From Minisyncoccota bacterium (GTDB lineage Bacteria; Patescibacteriota; Minisyncoccia; Phycocordibacterales; UBA2100): DNA of 64,000 nt. The notes beneath the pieces were generated by a model, which saw nothing but the letters and a program-made list of their open reading frames with translations, had not been told where the DNA came from and searched no databases. The stretch covers positions 7,711-71,710 of the forward strand of contig JALHPE010000001.1 of assembly GCA_022842645.1 (NCBI GenBank), written 5' to 3'. Shown piece after piece: positions 53,950 through 63,707 of the stretch (its first letter is position 1; each line of letters begins with the position of its first letter). The translations under genes were made by a program, and so were the position numbers.

Positions 53950-55830
53950 TTGTTAATCACAGAAAGATCTATGTTCAGTCCTACAGAACCCACCCGAGGA
54001 GGTGGAGCACCAAGGAGAGGGCCACACCCACTCGGGCCTCGAGGTCCGCGACCCGGCGGAATGCGACACTCACGTCCACGACCACCACGTCGAGGCTCCG
54101 TGCGTGTTGAGCACTCATCTCCCGCGCCGCGCCGCGAAAATGCAAAAGTCCCACCAATTAGCACCGACACTGTGCGCATCATTCCACTTGGCGGTGTGGA
54201 AGAAATTGGCCGCAACATGACAGCCGTTGAAGTTGGTGATGATATTTATGTCCTCGATTGTGGCTTCCAGTTTAAGGAAGACGACACGCCGGGCATTGAT
54301 TACATCCTTCCAAACACTGGCTACTTGGAGCAGAACCGCCACAAAGTGCGCGGCATGCTCATCTCTCACGGTCACCTAGACCACATCGGTGGCATTCCCT
54401 ACATCCTCGACAGGATTGGTAATCCAATGATCTACACCCGCCGCCTCACGGGCATGATGATCAAAAAGCGTCAAGAAGAATTTGTGGGGAGTAGCCCAAT
54501 TCAAATTCGCGAAGTTGAAAAAGGTGAGACCATAAAACTTGGCAATCACACGGTGCGCTTTTTTGGCGTGACTCACACCGTGCCGGATTCCATGGGTATT
54601 ATTATCGAGACTCCATGGGGCGATGTCGTTTTCACTGGCGACATTAAGCTCAACCATACGGATGGTACGCCATCCGAGGAAGAACAGCGTGAGTTCGCTA
54701 TCTTCAAAGACCGCAACGTCTTAGCACTTCTCATGGACTCCACGAACGTCTGGCAGCCAGGCTTCTCGATTCCGGAGGTAAATGTCTACACCACTCTCCA
54801 GCGCATCATTACGGAAACGAATGGCCGCCTCATTATCGCGATGTTCGCCTCGCACCTTGAACGCCTCATCCGTGTCATGCAGTTTGCGGAAGAAAATGCG
54901 AAGAAGGTGGTGATCGACGGCCGCTCAATGCGCACCAACATCGAAATTGCGCGCGAACTTGGTCTCATCAAATACAAGGATGACACAGTCATCCAGGTAG
55001 AAGACATCGATCGCTTCCCTCCTGAGAAAGTGGTAATTCTTGCAACGGGTGCACAGGGTGACGAATTCGCCTCTCTTGCCCGTATCGGCAACAAATCACA
55101 CAAATATTTGCGCCTCAAACCGACTGACACCATTGTGCTCTCGTCGTCGGTCATTCCGGGAAACGAACGTGCGGTGCAAAAGCTGAAAGACAACCTCTCG
55201 CGTCAAGGCGCACGCATCATCACCTACCACGCGTCCGATGTGCACGCTTCGGGACACGGCAACCGTGAAGAAGCAGTATGGATTCACAAACAAGTGCGTC
55301 CAAAATTCTTCGTGCCCGTGCACGGCTATCACTATATGCTCCGCGTGCATGGCGACGTTGCTGAAGAGCTCGGCATGCCACGCGCGAACATTATCATTCC
55401 TGATAACAGCGCAGTGGTTGAGATTGTGAATGGCGAAAAAATTGGTGTGCATCCAGTCAAAGCTCCCAACGAACTCCGTGTTGTTGAGGGACACACCGTT
55501 TCTGAACTCTCTGATGTCTTAATGCGCGACCGCAAGGCACTCGGACAGGAGGGATTCTGTGTTGTCGTGGCAACGGTTGATCGTCGTACTGGAAAACTCC
55601 ACAAATCTCCCGATATTATTTCTCGCGGATTTGTGTACCTCCGAGACAACAAAGACCTCATGGATCAAACGCGACTGATTGTGCGCAAGAGCGTTGAGAC
55701 TGCAATGCGCAATCCTCGTGCAGCAGACCTTGATAGTGCACGCGATGACCTCGCGGAAGATGTTGCTCGTTTCCTCCTTCTCAAAACACAGAAGCGACCG
55801 ATTGTAATTCCCGTGATCGTAAGTATCTAA
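53950..55830 (+). CDS. rnj: Ribonuclease J (metallo-beta-lactamase / beta-CASP) with a basic Arg/Pro-rich N-terminal extension
   Basis: HxHxDH motif MLISHGHLDHIGG, beta-CASP and C-terminal domains, 626 aa. Confidence 0.9.
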   Translation: MLITERSMFSPTEPTRGGGAPRRGPHPLGPRGPRPGGMRHSRPRPPRRGSVRVEHSSPAPRRENAKVPPISTDTVRIIPLGGVEEIGRNMTAVEVGDDIYVLDCGFQFKEDDTPGIDYILPNTGYLEQNRHKVRGMLISHGHLDHIGGIPYILDRIGNPMIYTRRLTGMMIKKRQEEFVGSSPIQIREVEKGETIKLGNHTVRFFGVTHTVPDSMGIIIETPWGDVVFTGDIKLNHTDGTPSEEEQREFAIFKDRNVLALLMDSTNVWQPGFSIPEVNVYTTLQRIITETNGRLIIAMFASHLERLIRVMQFAEENAKKVVIDGRSMRTNIEIARELGLIKYKDDTVIQVEDIDRFPPEKVVILATGAQGDEFASLARIGNKSHKYLRLKPTDTIVLSSSVIPGNERAVQKLKDNLSRQGARIITYHASDVHASGHGNREEAVWIHKQVRPKFFVPVHGYHYMLRVHGDVAEELGMPRANIIIPDNSAVVEIVNGEKIGVHPVKAPNELRVVEGHTVSELSDVLMRDRKALGQEGFCVVVATVDRRTGKLHKSPDIISRGFVYLRDNKDLMDQTRLIVRKSVETAMRNPRAADLDSARDDLAEDVARFLLLKTQKRPIVIPVIVSI

Positions 55831-55836
55831 AAAGAG

Positions 55837-55863
55837 AAAGCCCGGAAAAAATCCCGGGCTTTC
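55837..55863 (+). terminator. Rho-independent terminator after rnj
   Basis: aaagcccgg-aaaaaat-cccgggcttt. Confidence 0.7.
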
Positions 55864-55878
55864 GAGTATGAGGCGACG

Positions 55879-56340
55879 CTAGTGGATAGTGTGCTCATCA
55901 GAAAAACCGATGGCACGCACGACAAGCGTCATCATGCATGCGATAAGCATGACAATCCAAAGCGCGCCTAAGGCCGTCGTGAACCCATGCTCGATGAAAA
56001 AAAGTAGCATCGAGAATGCACACGATGCCGACAGTGCACGACGTTCCCATTCAGACATAGGATCAAGGAAACGCCAGATGAGCGCAAGAGTGGTGCCGAA
56101 CAACATGACGGTTACCGGCACCATCAAACCGAAAGCAAGATGCAGATATGCACACACGATCTGCAAGCTCCCGAATACAATTGCGCGCCTAAAGAACTGA
56201 CTGGTTGCCCAAACAAAACGCATGGAGAGGACCTGATTCAACACAATATGCGCCGTATCAGAGCCTTGAATGCGAAGAACGCCCAGCTTTCCAAGCATAG
56301 TACCTCCAGATGGGGATGATCCCCGTGGGCGACTATACAA
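55879..56340 (-). CDS. Hypothetical membrane protein (153 aa or less)
   Basis: Three or four TM helices; no motif. Confidence 0.4.
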   Translation of the reverse strand: MYSRPRGSSPSGGTMLGKLGVLRIQGSDTAHIVLNQVLSMRFVWATSQFFRRAIVFGSLQIVCAYLHLAFGLMVPVTVMLFGTTLALIWRFLDPMSEWERRALSASCAFSMLLFFIEHGFTTALGALWIVMLIACMMTLVVRAIGFSDEHTIH

Positions 56341-56349
56341 TGAAAATAT

Positions 56350-57141
56350 CTATTCTGCAATACACCACGAATTTTTAGTCCTAGCAATCATTCCCTCTCG
56401 TTCGAGGGCGACCAACGCGGGTACACAACGCTCATCACCAAGAAGGGGTTGTAATGATTGGCGCTCTGTCAGAGCCCGTAGAATAGCACCTCGCATTTCC
56501 CGGGTAGAGCCAGAAAAAGATTTTTGACGCACATGATGACGACTTCGGCGAGAAGGATTCGGGTGTTGTTTTTTGATATGAGCACCGTAATCCATTAACG
56601 CCGCATACCACTCCCGAGGATTGCGCGTGCGCATCACACACGTTCTGAGAATGGGTATTAGTTTCGTATCAGGAACCGACCGCGAGCGCGGAAAGAAATG
56701 ATGAATAAGTGCAGCGCGAATATTAGTTTCAATAAAAACGTCTGATTCGTTGAAGGCGAACGCGCGTATTGCACCCGCAGTGTAAGAGCCAACACCAGGG
56801 AGAGATTCGAGTGCAGTGCGATCCTTGGGGAGCGCTCCACCGTATTGCGTCACTATCGCTTTTGCACATTCGTGGAGCATTTTCGCACGCCGATTATAGC
56901 CAAGCCCACTCCATTCTCTGAGCACACGCGAAAGTGGTGCTTGTGCCAGTGAGTGTGCAGTAGGAAACATACGCATCCACCGTTCAAAATATGGAACGAC
57001 ACGATCAACTTGTGTTTGTTGTAGCATGATTTCAGACACGAGAATGGCGTAAGAGTCGCGAGTCTTACGCCAAGGCAGCGTGTGGCGTCCGTACTTTCGG
57101 TAGTGCATCAAAACAACTCGACGAAATGTAGTGCTTGTCAT
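56350..57141 (-). CDS. HhH-GPD base-excision DNA glycosylase (MutY/Nth-like, no NUDIX domain)
   Basis: N-terminus YRKYGRHTLPWRKTRDSYAILVSEIMLQQTQVDRVVPYFERW matches the MutY/endonuclease III HhH-GPD N-terminal region. Confidence 0.65.
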   Translation of the reverse strand: MTSTTFRRVVLMHYRKYGRHTLPWRKTRDSYAILVSEIMLQQTQVDRVVPYFERWMRMFPTAHSLAQAPLSRVLREWSGLGYNRRAKMLHECAKAIVTQYGGALPKDRTALESLPGVGSYTAGAIRAFAFNESDVFIETNIRAALIHHFFPRSRSVPDTKLIPILRTCVMRTRNPREWYAALMDYGAHIKKQHPNPSRRSRHHVRQKSFSGSTREMRGAILRALTERQSLQPLLGDERCVPALVALEREGMIARTKNSWCIAE

Positions 57142-57842
57142 GGCAATACCTTTTGCACCTCTTCAAACCAGAGCGCATACCCTTCTCCCGATGGGTGGAG
57201 CATATCGGCAGAATAGTAGTGCTTTGGATCTTTCGTGAACAAATCCTCTTCACGTGACTTGTAGAGATTGACATACGTTGTGCCGGTCTCTCCTGCAATA
57301 CGCGCAAACTCTGCATGGTAACGAAGGGTGGCGCGATGATAATACGGATTCAGGAACCAAGGGAAAAATCGTGTGCGTCCCACGTCCCCTGCGGTCAAAA
57401 ATATAACGTGAGGAGAGAGTTTTTTTGCCTCGCTCAAATATGCGGAGAGCTCTCTCGCCGCATCCCCTGCCTGGCGAAAGCGGATAATGTCGTTCGCACC
57501 AATGTGGATGAGTATGAACGCATATTCACTTCGCTTTACCTCAGCAAGTTGTGCAGGAAGATCCGCAATACGCGCACCAGAAACAGCATGATTCTCAATA
57601 GCGTTTTGTGGATAGAGTGACCCAAGTCGACCAGCAATACTCTCCTCAAGTTTTTCTGCCCCCACACCAACCCCTAGAGAGTCACCAAGTATCAGAATGA
57701 CGGGATGCCCCGTGGGACGTTCGAAAGGTAGTGCTATACGCACCAATGATTCGCTAGTTATGCGAAGTGATTGAAAGCGCGCATATGCATACCCAAGGTA
57801 TGAAAATGACGCCGCAAGAGCGACAAGCATGAGTATCTTCAT
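57138..57842 (-). CDS. SGNH/GDSL hydrolase family protein with signal peptide
   Basis: GDSL block ILILGDSLGVGVGA and a C-terminal DxxH region. Confidence 0.7.
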   Translation of the reverse strand: MKILMLVALAASFSYLGYAYARFQSLRITSESLVRIALPFERPTGHPVILILGDSLGVGVGAEKLEESIAGRLGSLYPQNAIENHAVSGARIADLPAQLAEVKRSEYAFILIHIGANDIIRFRQAGDAARELSAYLSEAKKLSPHVIFLTAGDVGRTRFFPWFLNPYYHRATLRYHAEFARIAGETGTTYVNLYKSREEDLFTKDPKHYYSADMLHPSGEGYALWFEEVQKVLP

Positions 57843-58531
57843 ACTTCGTACACCACATCCTTACGTTCCACTATCACCTTCCACCCTTCGCGCTGCGCAT
57901 GGCGATACAGCTTCATGTTTGGATTGAAACAAATAGGGGTTTCGACAAGTTCAAGAAATGGTATGTCGCTTTCAGTATCTCCTACACCGATTGAGCCCTC
58001 GAGCGTCAATCCCTCTTTCTCAACTGCGCGGTGCACGATTGCAGCTTTATTGAAAATAAGATGCTCATCAACAATCTTTCCCGTAAAGGCTCCTTCGCCG
58101 CCTGTTTCGTAGATCGTGCCGTACACCTTATCGAACCCGAGGTGTGGACAAAATTTGTCGAGAATGGTTTTTGGAGAGTGCGAGACGGCAAGAAGAAAAA
58201 AGTCGTCCTGCTTTAGTTGTTTGAGCAGATCGCGTGTATAGCGATACACGCGCTTCGAGTGCTCTTCGACGACATGCTCTGCTGCATCGGCAAGAACCTG
58301 ATATTTGACTCCTTTCAAGTGTCGCAAAAACGCTTGCACAACTGCGTGAATGTATGCCTCGTAACCACCCTCGCGATTGAGCCACCGCTCGTGCTCAAAC
58401 TCAAACTCGTCGCGCGCCTCTTCTGGAAACGCTCCAACAAAGATAAGACGATCAACGATTTCTATTAAAAGCGACGAGCGGAAAATGGTGCCATCGACGT
58501 CAAAAATAGCTACTTTCTTGTTTTCGGACAT
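57839..58531 (-). CDS. HAD-superfamily hydrolase (HAD-IB/phosphoserine-phosphatase-like)
   Basis: Motif I VAIFDVDGTI and later HAD motifs (GVGDTESD). Confidence 0.75.
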   Translation of the reverse strand: MSENKKVAIFDVDGTIFRSSLLIEIVDRLIFVGAFPEEARDEFEFEHERWLNREGGYEAYIHAVVQAFLRHLKGVKYQVLADAAEHVVEEHSKRVYRYTRDLLKQLKQDDFFLLAVSHSPKTILDKFCPHLGFDKVYGTIYETGGEGAFTGKIVDEHLIFNKAAIVHRAVEKEGLTLEGSIGVGDTESDIPFLELVETPICFNPNMKLYRHAQREGWKVIVERKDVVYEV

Positions 58532-58609
58532 GCACCCATACTACATGATGGGGACTTGGCTAAGAAGCGGATATGAGTATAGTGGTGCAAGCCCCGGCGA
58601 ATCGGGGAC

Positions 58610-58888
58610 ATGACGGTAAAGGAGATGGATATGTCGAAAACAAGCGATGCCATTTCGGCTTCTGTGCTCTCGCATCTCAAATCAGTTACCAAGGAATGCC
58701 AGTTTCGTGAATGGCTCCAGGTAATCCTCCAAGAAGACATCTCTAAATACCAAGATGAAATTACGATGGCGATTCAAGCGGCAGTGGAACGGCTTGGATT
58801 GAAACATTCCTGCGATGAAAACCTCGTCGAGCAGGCGCTTGAAAAACTGCAGGAATCGTCTCTTGTGAGAGAACCTGCCCATCTATAA
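58610..58888 (+). CDS. Hypothetical protein (92 aa)
   Basis: ORF only. Confidence 0.3.
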   Translation: MTVKEMDMSKTSDAISASVLSHLKSVTKECQFREWLQVILQEDISKYQDEITMAIQAAVERLGLKHSCDENLVEQALEKLQESSLVREPAHL

Positions 58889-58889
58889 T

Positions 58890-59558
58890 TCACGCTTGTG
58901 GCCATCTGCTTCCTGCAGGTGGCCACAGTTTTGTAAGTGCATGAGCAGAGCAGTCGTGTTTTCGCGCCTTACACACATACCGCCCGTAGAGCACGAGCCC
59001 GTTGTTTACATATTTCCAATCTTTTTTCGGAATAAGAGATTCAAGGTCGTGAGAAATCTTTTTAAGGTCGGTGTGGTTAGTTAAATCAAACTTGCGTGCA
59101 AAACGCTTCACGTGTGTGTCGGTTGGTATCCCCTCCCAAGTCTCATACAGTTCTCCGAGGATAACGTGTGCTGTTTTATAACCGACGCCCGGGAGTTTCT
59201 GGAGCTCCTGTGCCGTCCGTGGGACTTTGCCACGAAATCCGCCGGGCGGCGGAGCTGCGACGATTTTTGCGGCCAGGCGTATATGCCGCGCTTTGTTGCG
59301 GAAAAACGGAATCGTTGAAAGTTCTTTTTCAAATTGACGAGGGTCTGCATCTGCGAAATTTTTTGCAGTCTTATATTTTCTAAACAATGTTACAGTCACT
59401 TTATTTACCGCCTTATCGGTACACTGTGCAGAGAGTACAACCGCAACAAGAAATTGAAACGGTGTTTTGTAGTAGAGTTCGGTTTTGGGTGCTGGGTAAG
59501 TCTTTTTTAAAAAGCGTACAAGCGCACGTGCGCGCATCTCACGAACTGACACTCGCAT
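58890..59558 (-). CDS. nth: Endonuclease III (Nth), HhH-GPD family
   Basis: HhH motif LQKLPGVGYKTAHVILGEL and a C-terminal Cys cluster. Confidence 0.8.
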   Translation of the reverse strand: MRVSVREMRARALVRFLKKTYPAPKTELYYKTPFQFLVAVVLSAQCTDKAVNKVTVTLFRKYKTAKNFADADPRQFEKELSTIPFFRNKARHIRLAAKIVAAPPPGGFRGKVPRTAQELQKLPGVGYKTAHVILGELYETWEGIPTDTHVKRFARKFDLTNHTDLKKISHDLESLIPKKDWKYVNNGLVLYGRYVCKARKHDCSAHALTKLWPPAGSRWPQA

Positions 59559-59563
59559 ATCGT

Positions 59564-59941
59564 TTAGGCAGTGACATTACCCCCGGAACTTTCCTCCCAA
59601 CGCTTTTTTAGAATGGGTTCCAAATCGCGAATCTTTTTTTCGATATCTTGAGGCAAGGTATCGGTTTTATTGAGGATGTGCTCTGCAATATCCACCAAGC
59701 GCAGTGCATCCCTTCGTATCAGAGGGGCGTTCAGTTTGTCTGCGACCAGAAGAAGATTAATAGAATTGTATACCTCATAAAAATCTTTGGATGTGATATT
59801 TGCATTTTCTTCTGCTTGCCGCATCGCCACCAGCTCATCCAACACCGCCGGCGCAACAATTTCTTCTATACGCCTGAGAGACTCCGCCCGCTTGCTTTTC
59901 CTTCGCTCAGCACCAAGATCTACAATCTTACCTTCTTCCAT
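59564..59941 (-). CDS. Hypothetical protein (125 aa)
   Basis: ORF only. Confidence 0.35.
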   Translation of the reverse strand: MEEGKIVDLGAERRKSKRAESLRRIEEIVAPAVLDELVAMRQAEENANITSKDFYEVYNSINLLLVADKLNAPLIRRDALRLVDIAEHILNKTDTLPQDIEKKIRDLEPILKKRWEESSGGNVTA

Positions 59942-59947
59942 ATGTTA

Positions 59948-60412
59948 TTAGCGAATGATAATAGGAATAGAAACTGACGCGGCGTTTTCAGGAAGCCCGG
60001 ACGCATTATCGTTTTTCAAAACTAACGTAGCAGGGCCAACATATCCTGGTATTGATACCGTGAATGCGAATGGTACGAACTCTGGTGTCATCCACTCCCC
60101 CTCTGCGGTTACAGGACCTTCTGCGATCAAGGCACCATTTACATCGAGTACTTCGTATGGAAAGTTTGCTTCAAAGTACCACCCGCCACGCGCCTCACCC
60201 TGCACACTGAAGACTGAAGACACAACCGCGCCCGGAAGCGGTGTGTCAACACGAATCCGATTGGTGTCTGCATTCTCGTAAACCGCTTGCGCTCGAGGAG
60301 TACTGTCTTGCTCTTCAATCGGCGTCGGCTCAGGCATTACAAAACCACCCATATACCATACGCCCGCCCCAAAGGAGACGATTGCGATGAGGAGCATGAC
60401 GATATATTTCAT
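59948..60412 (-). CDS. Gmad2-like immunoglobulin-like domain protein with signal anchor (putative)
   Basis: W.FEANFPYEVLD.NGALIAEGPVTAEGEWMT.EFVPF pattern typical of Gmad2 Ig-like domains; start at MKYIVML. Confidence 0.45.
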   Translation of the reverse strand: MKYIVMLLIAIVSFGAGVWYMGGFVMPEPTPIEEQDSTPRAQAVYENADTNRIRVDTPLPGAVVSSVFSVQGEARGGWYFEANFPYEVLDVNGALIAEGPVTAEGEWMTPEFVPFAFTVSIPGYVGPATLVLKNDNASGLPENAASVSIPIIIR

Positions 60413-60840
60413 GCCCCTAGTGTACCTCGTATACGTCGCTCGACAACGGCCGCAAGAAACACCGAAAGCGGGAGAAGTAATGTCATTTGTATAAGCGGCG
60501 AGACGGGAAGTCCCCAAATAAGGGGCATGGCGTCCGTATATTCCCAGCGCCCGAGCGCCATCGCTTTATATTCAACAAAAAGGGCAATCCAGAGCCCGAT
60601 GAGTGCAAGGCCTATTATTTCTCGAGGTTCGACCTTGAAAAACCAGGTGAGGGACCCCTTAAAGAGAGCAACGAGCCCAACAGCACCAAACGTATAGACA
60701 ACATCACCGATTGTCGCAAACACAAAGACCGGTAACACTCCCTCCATCGCCTCATATCCTGTATAGAGAACTATGTGGGAGCGCTCCCAAATGACGTGCA
60801 GCACGAACGCGGTGAGAACAAGTAGTGCGTACAAGCGCAT
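60409..60840 (-). CDS. Hypothetical polytopic membrane protein (143 aa)
   Basis: Four TM helices; no motif. Confidence 0.4.
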   Translation of the reverse strand: MRLYALLVLTAFVLHVIWERSHIVLYTGYEAMEGVLPVFVFATIGDVVYTFGAVGLVALFKGSLTWFFKVEPREIIGLALIGLWIALFVEYKAMALGRWEYTDAMPLIWGLPVSPLIQMTLLLPLSVFLAAVVERRIRGTLGA

Positions 60841-60842
60841 AG

Positions 60843-61814
60843 CTAGAGCTTTGCAAGAACTTTGGCAAGCTTCTGCGGACTATGACGAATAAAGGAGCGT
60901 TGCAACACGTCTCCCTTTGCTTTCTTGGCAACACCATCAGCAAGCACATCGACTCCGATGTACTTTCGTGGATGTGCAAATGCGTTTTTATCAAAGCGAA
61001 CAGGCGTGCCTTCATCAGCGTATTTTTTGATAAGCGTAGCCGATGGCATTTTCGTGTTGTAAACAACGGTGTCAAAAACACCTTCTTTCCCGATTGTTGC
61101 CTCAAGAGCTCGAACATAATCGGCGACCGTAAAGTCGTCGGTGTGGCCGTGTCTATTCATAAGATTAGCGACATATACTTTTCGCGCTTTCGATTTTACA
61201 AACGCTTCGCTAAACCCTTGTACAAGGAAGTTGGGTATGAGCGACGTATACAAATCCCCTGGGCCTACAATGATGACATCTGCTTCTTTGAGAGCCGCGA
61301 GTGCCTTGGGGTGTATCTTTGCTTTCGGTTTGAGTGACATCTTCTTTACGCCAAACTTCGAAACCAACTGATACTCACCGAGAGCGTCTTCACCGGTGAT
61401 AACTTTTCCGTTTTTAAGTTCAGTTACAAGCTCCGCAGTGTCTAATGTCACAGGAATAACTTTCCCTTTGATGTTGAGAATGGTGCCAACAATCTCAAGT
61501 GCCTTATCAATAGATCCACTAATCTTCTCGAGCGTTGAAATGAAAATATTTCCAAAGTTGTGTCCCTCAAGACCACCGTTTTGATAGCGGTGACTGAAGA
61601 GTTTGCGCATTAAGGTTCCGCTCTCGCCGAGTGCGATGAGAGACTGGCGAAGATCCCCAGGAGGAAGCACCCCGAGTTCGTCGCGCAGGCGCCCGGTCGA
61701 GCCGCCGTCATCAAACATAGTTACGATCGCTGAGAGCTCAACGGGATAGCGCTTCAAGCCCAAAAGGACGGGAAATCGCCCCGTGCCACCCCCTATAGTG
61801 ACCACCTTTTTCAT
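60843..61814 (-). CDS. YvcK/CofD-like gluconeogenesis-factor family protein (UPF0052)
   Basis: N-terminus VVTIGGGTGRFPVLLGL...MFDDGGSTGRLRDELGVLPPGDLRQ is diagnostic of the YvcK/CofD family. Confidence 0.85.
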   Translation of the reverse strand: MKKVVTIGGGTGRFPVLLGLKRYPVELSAIVTMFDDGGSTGRLRDELGVLPPGDLRQSLIALGESGTLMRKLFSHRYQNGGLEGHNFGNIFISTLEKISGSIDKALEIVGTILNIKGKVIPVTLDTAELVTELKNGKVITGEDALGEYQLVSKFGVKKMSLKPKAKIHPKALAALKEADVIIVGPGDLYTSLIPNFLVQGFSEAFVKSKARKVYVANLMNRHGHTDDFTVADYVRALEATIGKEGVFDTVVYNTKMPSATLIKKYADEGTPVRFDKNAFAHPRKYIGVDVLADGVAKKAKGDVLQRSFIRHSPQKLAKVLAKL

Positions 61815-62014
61815 CCCGTTAGAAGTCGGGCGCGAACGAAAGACCGTCGCTCCAGACTTGGCTATGAATAATGAAATTTACGTGCATATGATATGTCTGT
61901 CTCCCGTCTGTCCACGACTTCTAACGGGATTCATCCGGCCACTATACCTGTGCATAACGCTCTGCGCCACCCTTGCATCAAATACGTTAGTTGCTATGCT
62001 CTCTATACACCCCC

Positions 62015-62120
62015 AATACATCAAGAGTGCGGTGAAGGTTCTGGCCTTTCGATCCGCCCCCAACCCCTCTTCCGAGGACGGTGGGAAACCAGTCCTTCGG
62101 GCAGATGCACTATTTAGATG
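62015..62120 (+). promoter_or_regulatory. SAM-I (S-box) riboswitch-like leader of metK
   Basis: CATC-AAGAG-TGCGGTGAAGG-CTGGCC...CCCCCAACC...GGTGGGAAACC...GCAGATG resembles the S-box consensus (AAGAG, GGnGGAGGGA, CTGGCCC, GCAACC, GGTGCnAAnnCC, P1 closing GATG). Followed by a terminator hairpin. Canonical position upstream of metK. Confidence 0.5.
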
Positions 62121-62146
62121 TCTCCCGTATGGGAGCTTTTTATTTA
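62121..62146 (+). terminator. Expression-platform terminator (tctcccgtatgggag plus TTTTTATTT)
   Basis: Hairpin plus U-run directly after the riboswitch-like element. Confidence 0.5.
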
Positions 62147-62149
62147 CCA

Positions 62150-62240
62150 GTCTGTAGTGTGTAGTTTGTAGACTGTAGTCGAGAAATTCCTCGCAACGCA
62201 CATACTACAAACTACAATCTACTTTCTACAAACTATTCAT
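62150..62240. repeat. Heptad-array palindromic element, copy 3 (gtctgtag tgtgtag tttgtag actgtag, 25-nt spacer, ctacaaa ctacaat ctacttt ctacaaa ctattcat) ending at the metK ATG
   Basis: Read directly; 24-nt exact match to the lepA copy. Confidence 0.6.
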
Positions 62241-63293
62241 ATGTTGCATTTACTGAACACCTATACAACTGAAAGCGTTACCAGTGGCCACCCTGACAAA
62301 GTGTGCGACCAGATTTCTGATGCAATTCTTGACGCATGCCTCGCGCAGGATCCAAAATCGCGTGTTGCGGTCGAGACGTTTGGCTCGCACGGAACTCTCA
62401 TGATTGGCGGCGAAGTCACCACGAACGCGAAGGTTGATATGAAGAAAATTGCAAACGAGGTATACAAATCCATCGGCTATACGCAGAAGTTAAAGATTCT
62501 TAACACCGTTGCGCGACAATCAAACGATATAGCACAAGGGGTGGACACCGGAGGCGCAGGTGACCAAGGCATCATGTATGGCTACGCAACCGACGAAACG
62601 AAAGAAATGCTCCCCCTCGGAGTTGTGCTTGCGCACGGACTTGCGCGCCGTCTCGAAAAACTTCGTCGTGACAAAACGCTTCCCTGGGCGCGCCCTGATG
62701 GGAAGACACAAGTGACTATCAAAAACGGAAAAGTGATAAACGCACTCTGCTCAACCCAGCACGCAAAAAACATTTCTCAAGAAGATATTCGCAAAGACCT
62801 CGTCAAACATCTCTTCAAGCCGATTCTGGGCAATTTGAAAGACATTGAAATCTTAGTCAATCCGACTGGAAAATTCGAGGTGGGAGGCTTTGAGGCGGAC
62901 GCTGGGCTTACGGGGAGAAAGATTATGGTTGATACGTATGGCGGACTCATGCCGCACGGTGGGGGCGCCTTCTCTGGAAAAGACGCGACAAAGGTAGATC
63001 GTTCAGCAGCCTACATGTGCCGCTTTGTTGCAAAAAACCTAGTCGCCAATGGCTACGGAAAGAAGGTATTAGTGACAGTCGCCTATGCAATTGGTCGCGT
63101 TGAACCGGTGATGGTGGAAGCGTTCAATGAGAAAGGAAAAGATCTTTCTAAGATCGTACAGAAGCACTTTGACTTCCGCCCACGCGCGATCATTGAACGC
63201 CTCGAACTTCGAAAGCCAGTATTCCGCGAAACCGCTGCCTATGGTCACTTTGGTGTCACAGGACGCTCGTGGGAGAAAATTGAGAAGATATAA
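62241..63293 (+). CDS. metK: S-adenosylmethionine synthase (short form)
   Basis: GHPDKVCDQISDAILDA N-terminal motif, GGGAFSGKD P-loop-like motif, DRSAAY; 350 aa. Confidence 0.9.
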   Translation: MLHLLNTYTTESVTSGHPDKVCDQISDAILDACLAQDPKSRVAVETFGSHGTLMIGGEVTTNAKVDMKKIANEVYKSIGYTQKLKILNTVARQSNDIAQGVDTGGAGDQGIMYGYATDETKEMLPLGVVLAHGLARRLEKLRRDKTLPWARPDGKTQVTIKNGKVINALCSTQHAKNISQEDIRKDLVKHLFKPILGNLKDIEILVNPTGKFEVGGFEADAGLTGRKIMVDTYGGLMPHGGGAFSGKDATKVDRSAAYMCRFVAKNLVANGYGKKVLVTVAYAIGRVEPVMVEAFNEKGKDLSKIVQKHFDFRPRAIIERLELRKPVFRETAAYGHFGVTGRSWEKIEKI

Positions 63294-63313
63294 TCCTCTA
63301 AAACCGAGGATGA

Positions 63314-63340
63314 AAAAGACTCCCTATTGGGAGTCTTTTT
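63314..63340. terminator. Bidirectional rho-independent terminator after metK
   Basis: aaaagactccc-tatt-gggagtcttttt. Confidence 0.7.
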
Positions 63341-63704
63341 CATGGGATATCCCTTCTTTACTTGGTAGAAACGCAAGAGCGAGTGTTGCTGCGGTGAGAC
63401 CAAGATCGCGGACACCGATTGCGGTCGCGCCGATCTCTACGGTGATTACGAGAAGGTGGAGCGCGAGCGTGAGCGCGACCCAGCGCGTCCAGATATTGAG
63501 CGCAAGAAGCGCGCCGGCAATTACTTCAAATAAACCGTTCGCGAGCACAATAAATGCGGGAGGAATATTGAGGAAATTGACCGCCCACTCAGGAACCCAC
63601 GAGACCCAATTGAGTCCATCAAAAAGCTGAGAGAATCCAAACCACAGAAACACTACTGCAAGTCCGTATCGAAGAATGGCAAGACCGAGGCGTTCGTGTG
63701 TCAT
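63324..63704 (-). CDS. DoxX-like small membrane protein (putative)
   Basis: Four TM helices; LRYGLAVVFLWFGFSQL resembles the DoxX N-terminus. Confidence 0.4.
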   Translation of the reverse strand: MTHERLGLAILRYGLAVVFLWFGFSQLFDGLNWVSWVPEWAVNFLNIPPAFIVLANGLFEVIAGALLALNIWTRWVALTLALHLLVITVEIGATAIGVRDLGLTAATLALAFLPSKEGISHEKDSQ

Positions 63705-63707
63705 ACA

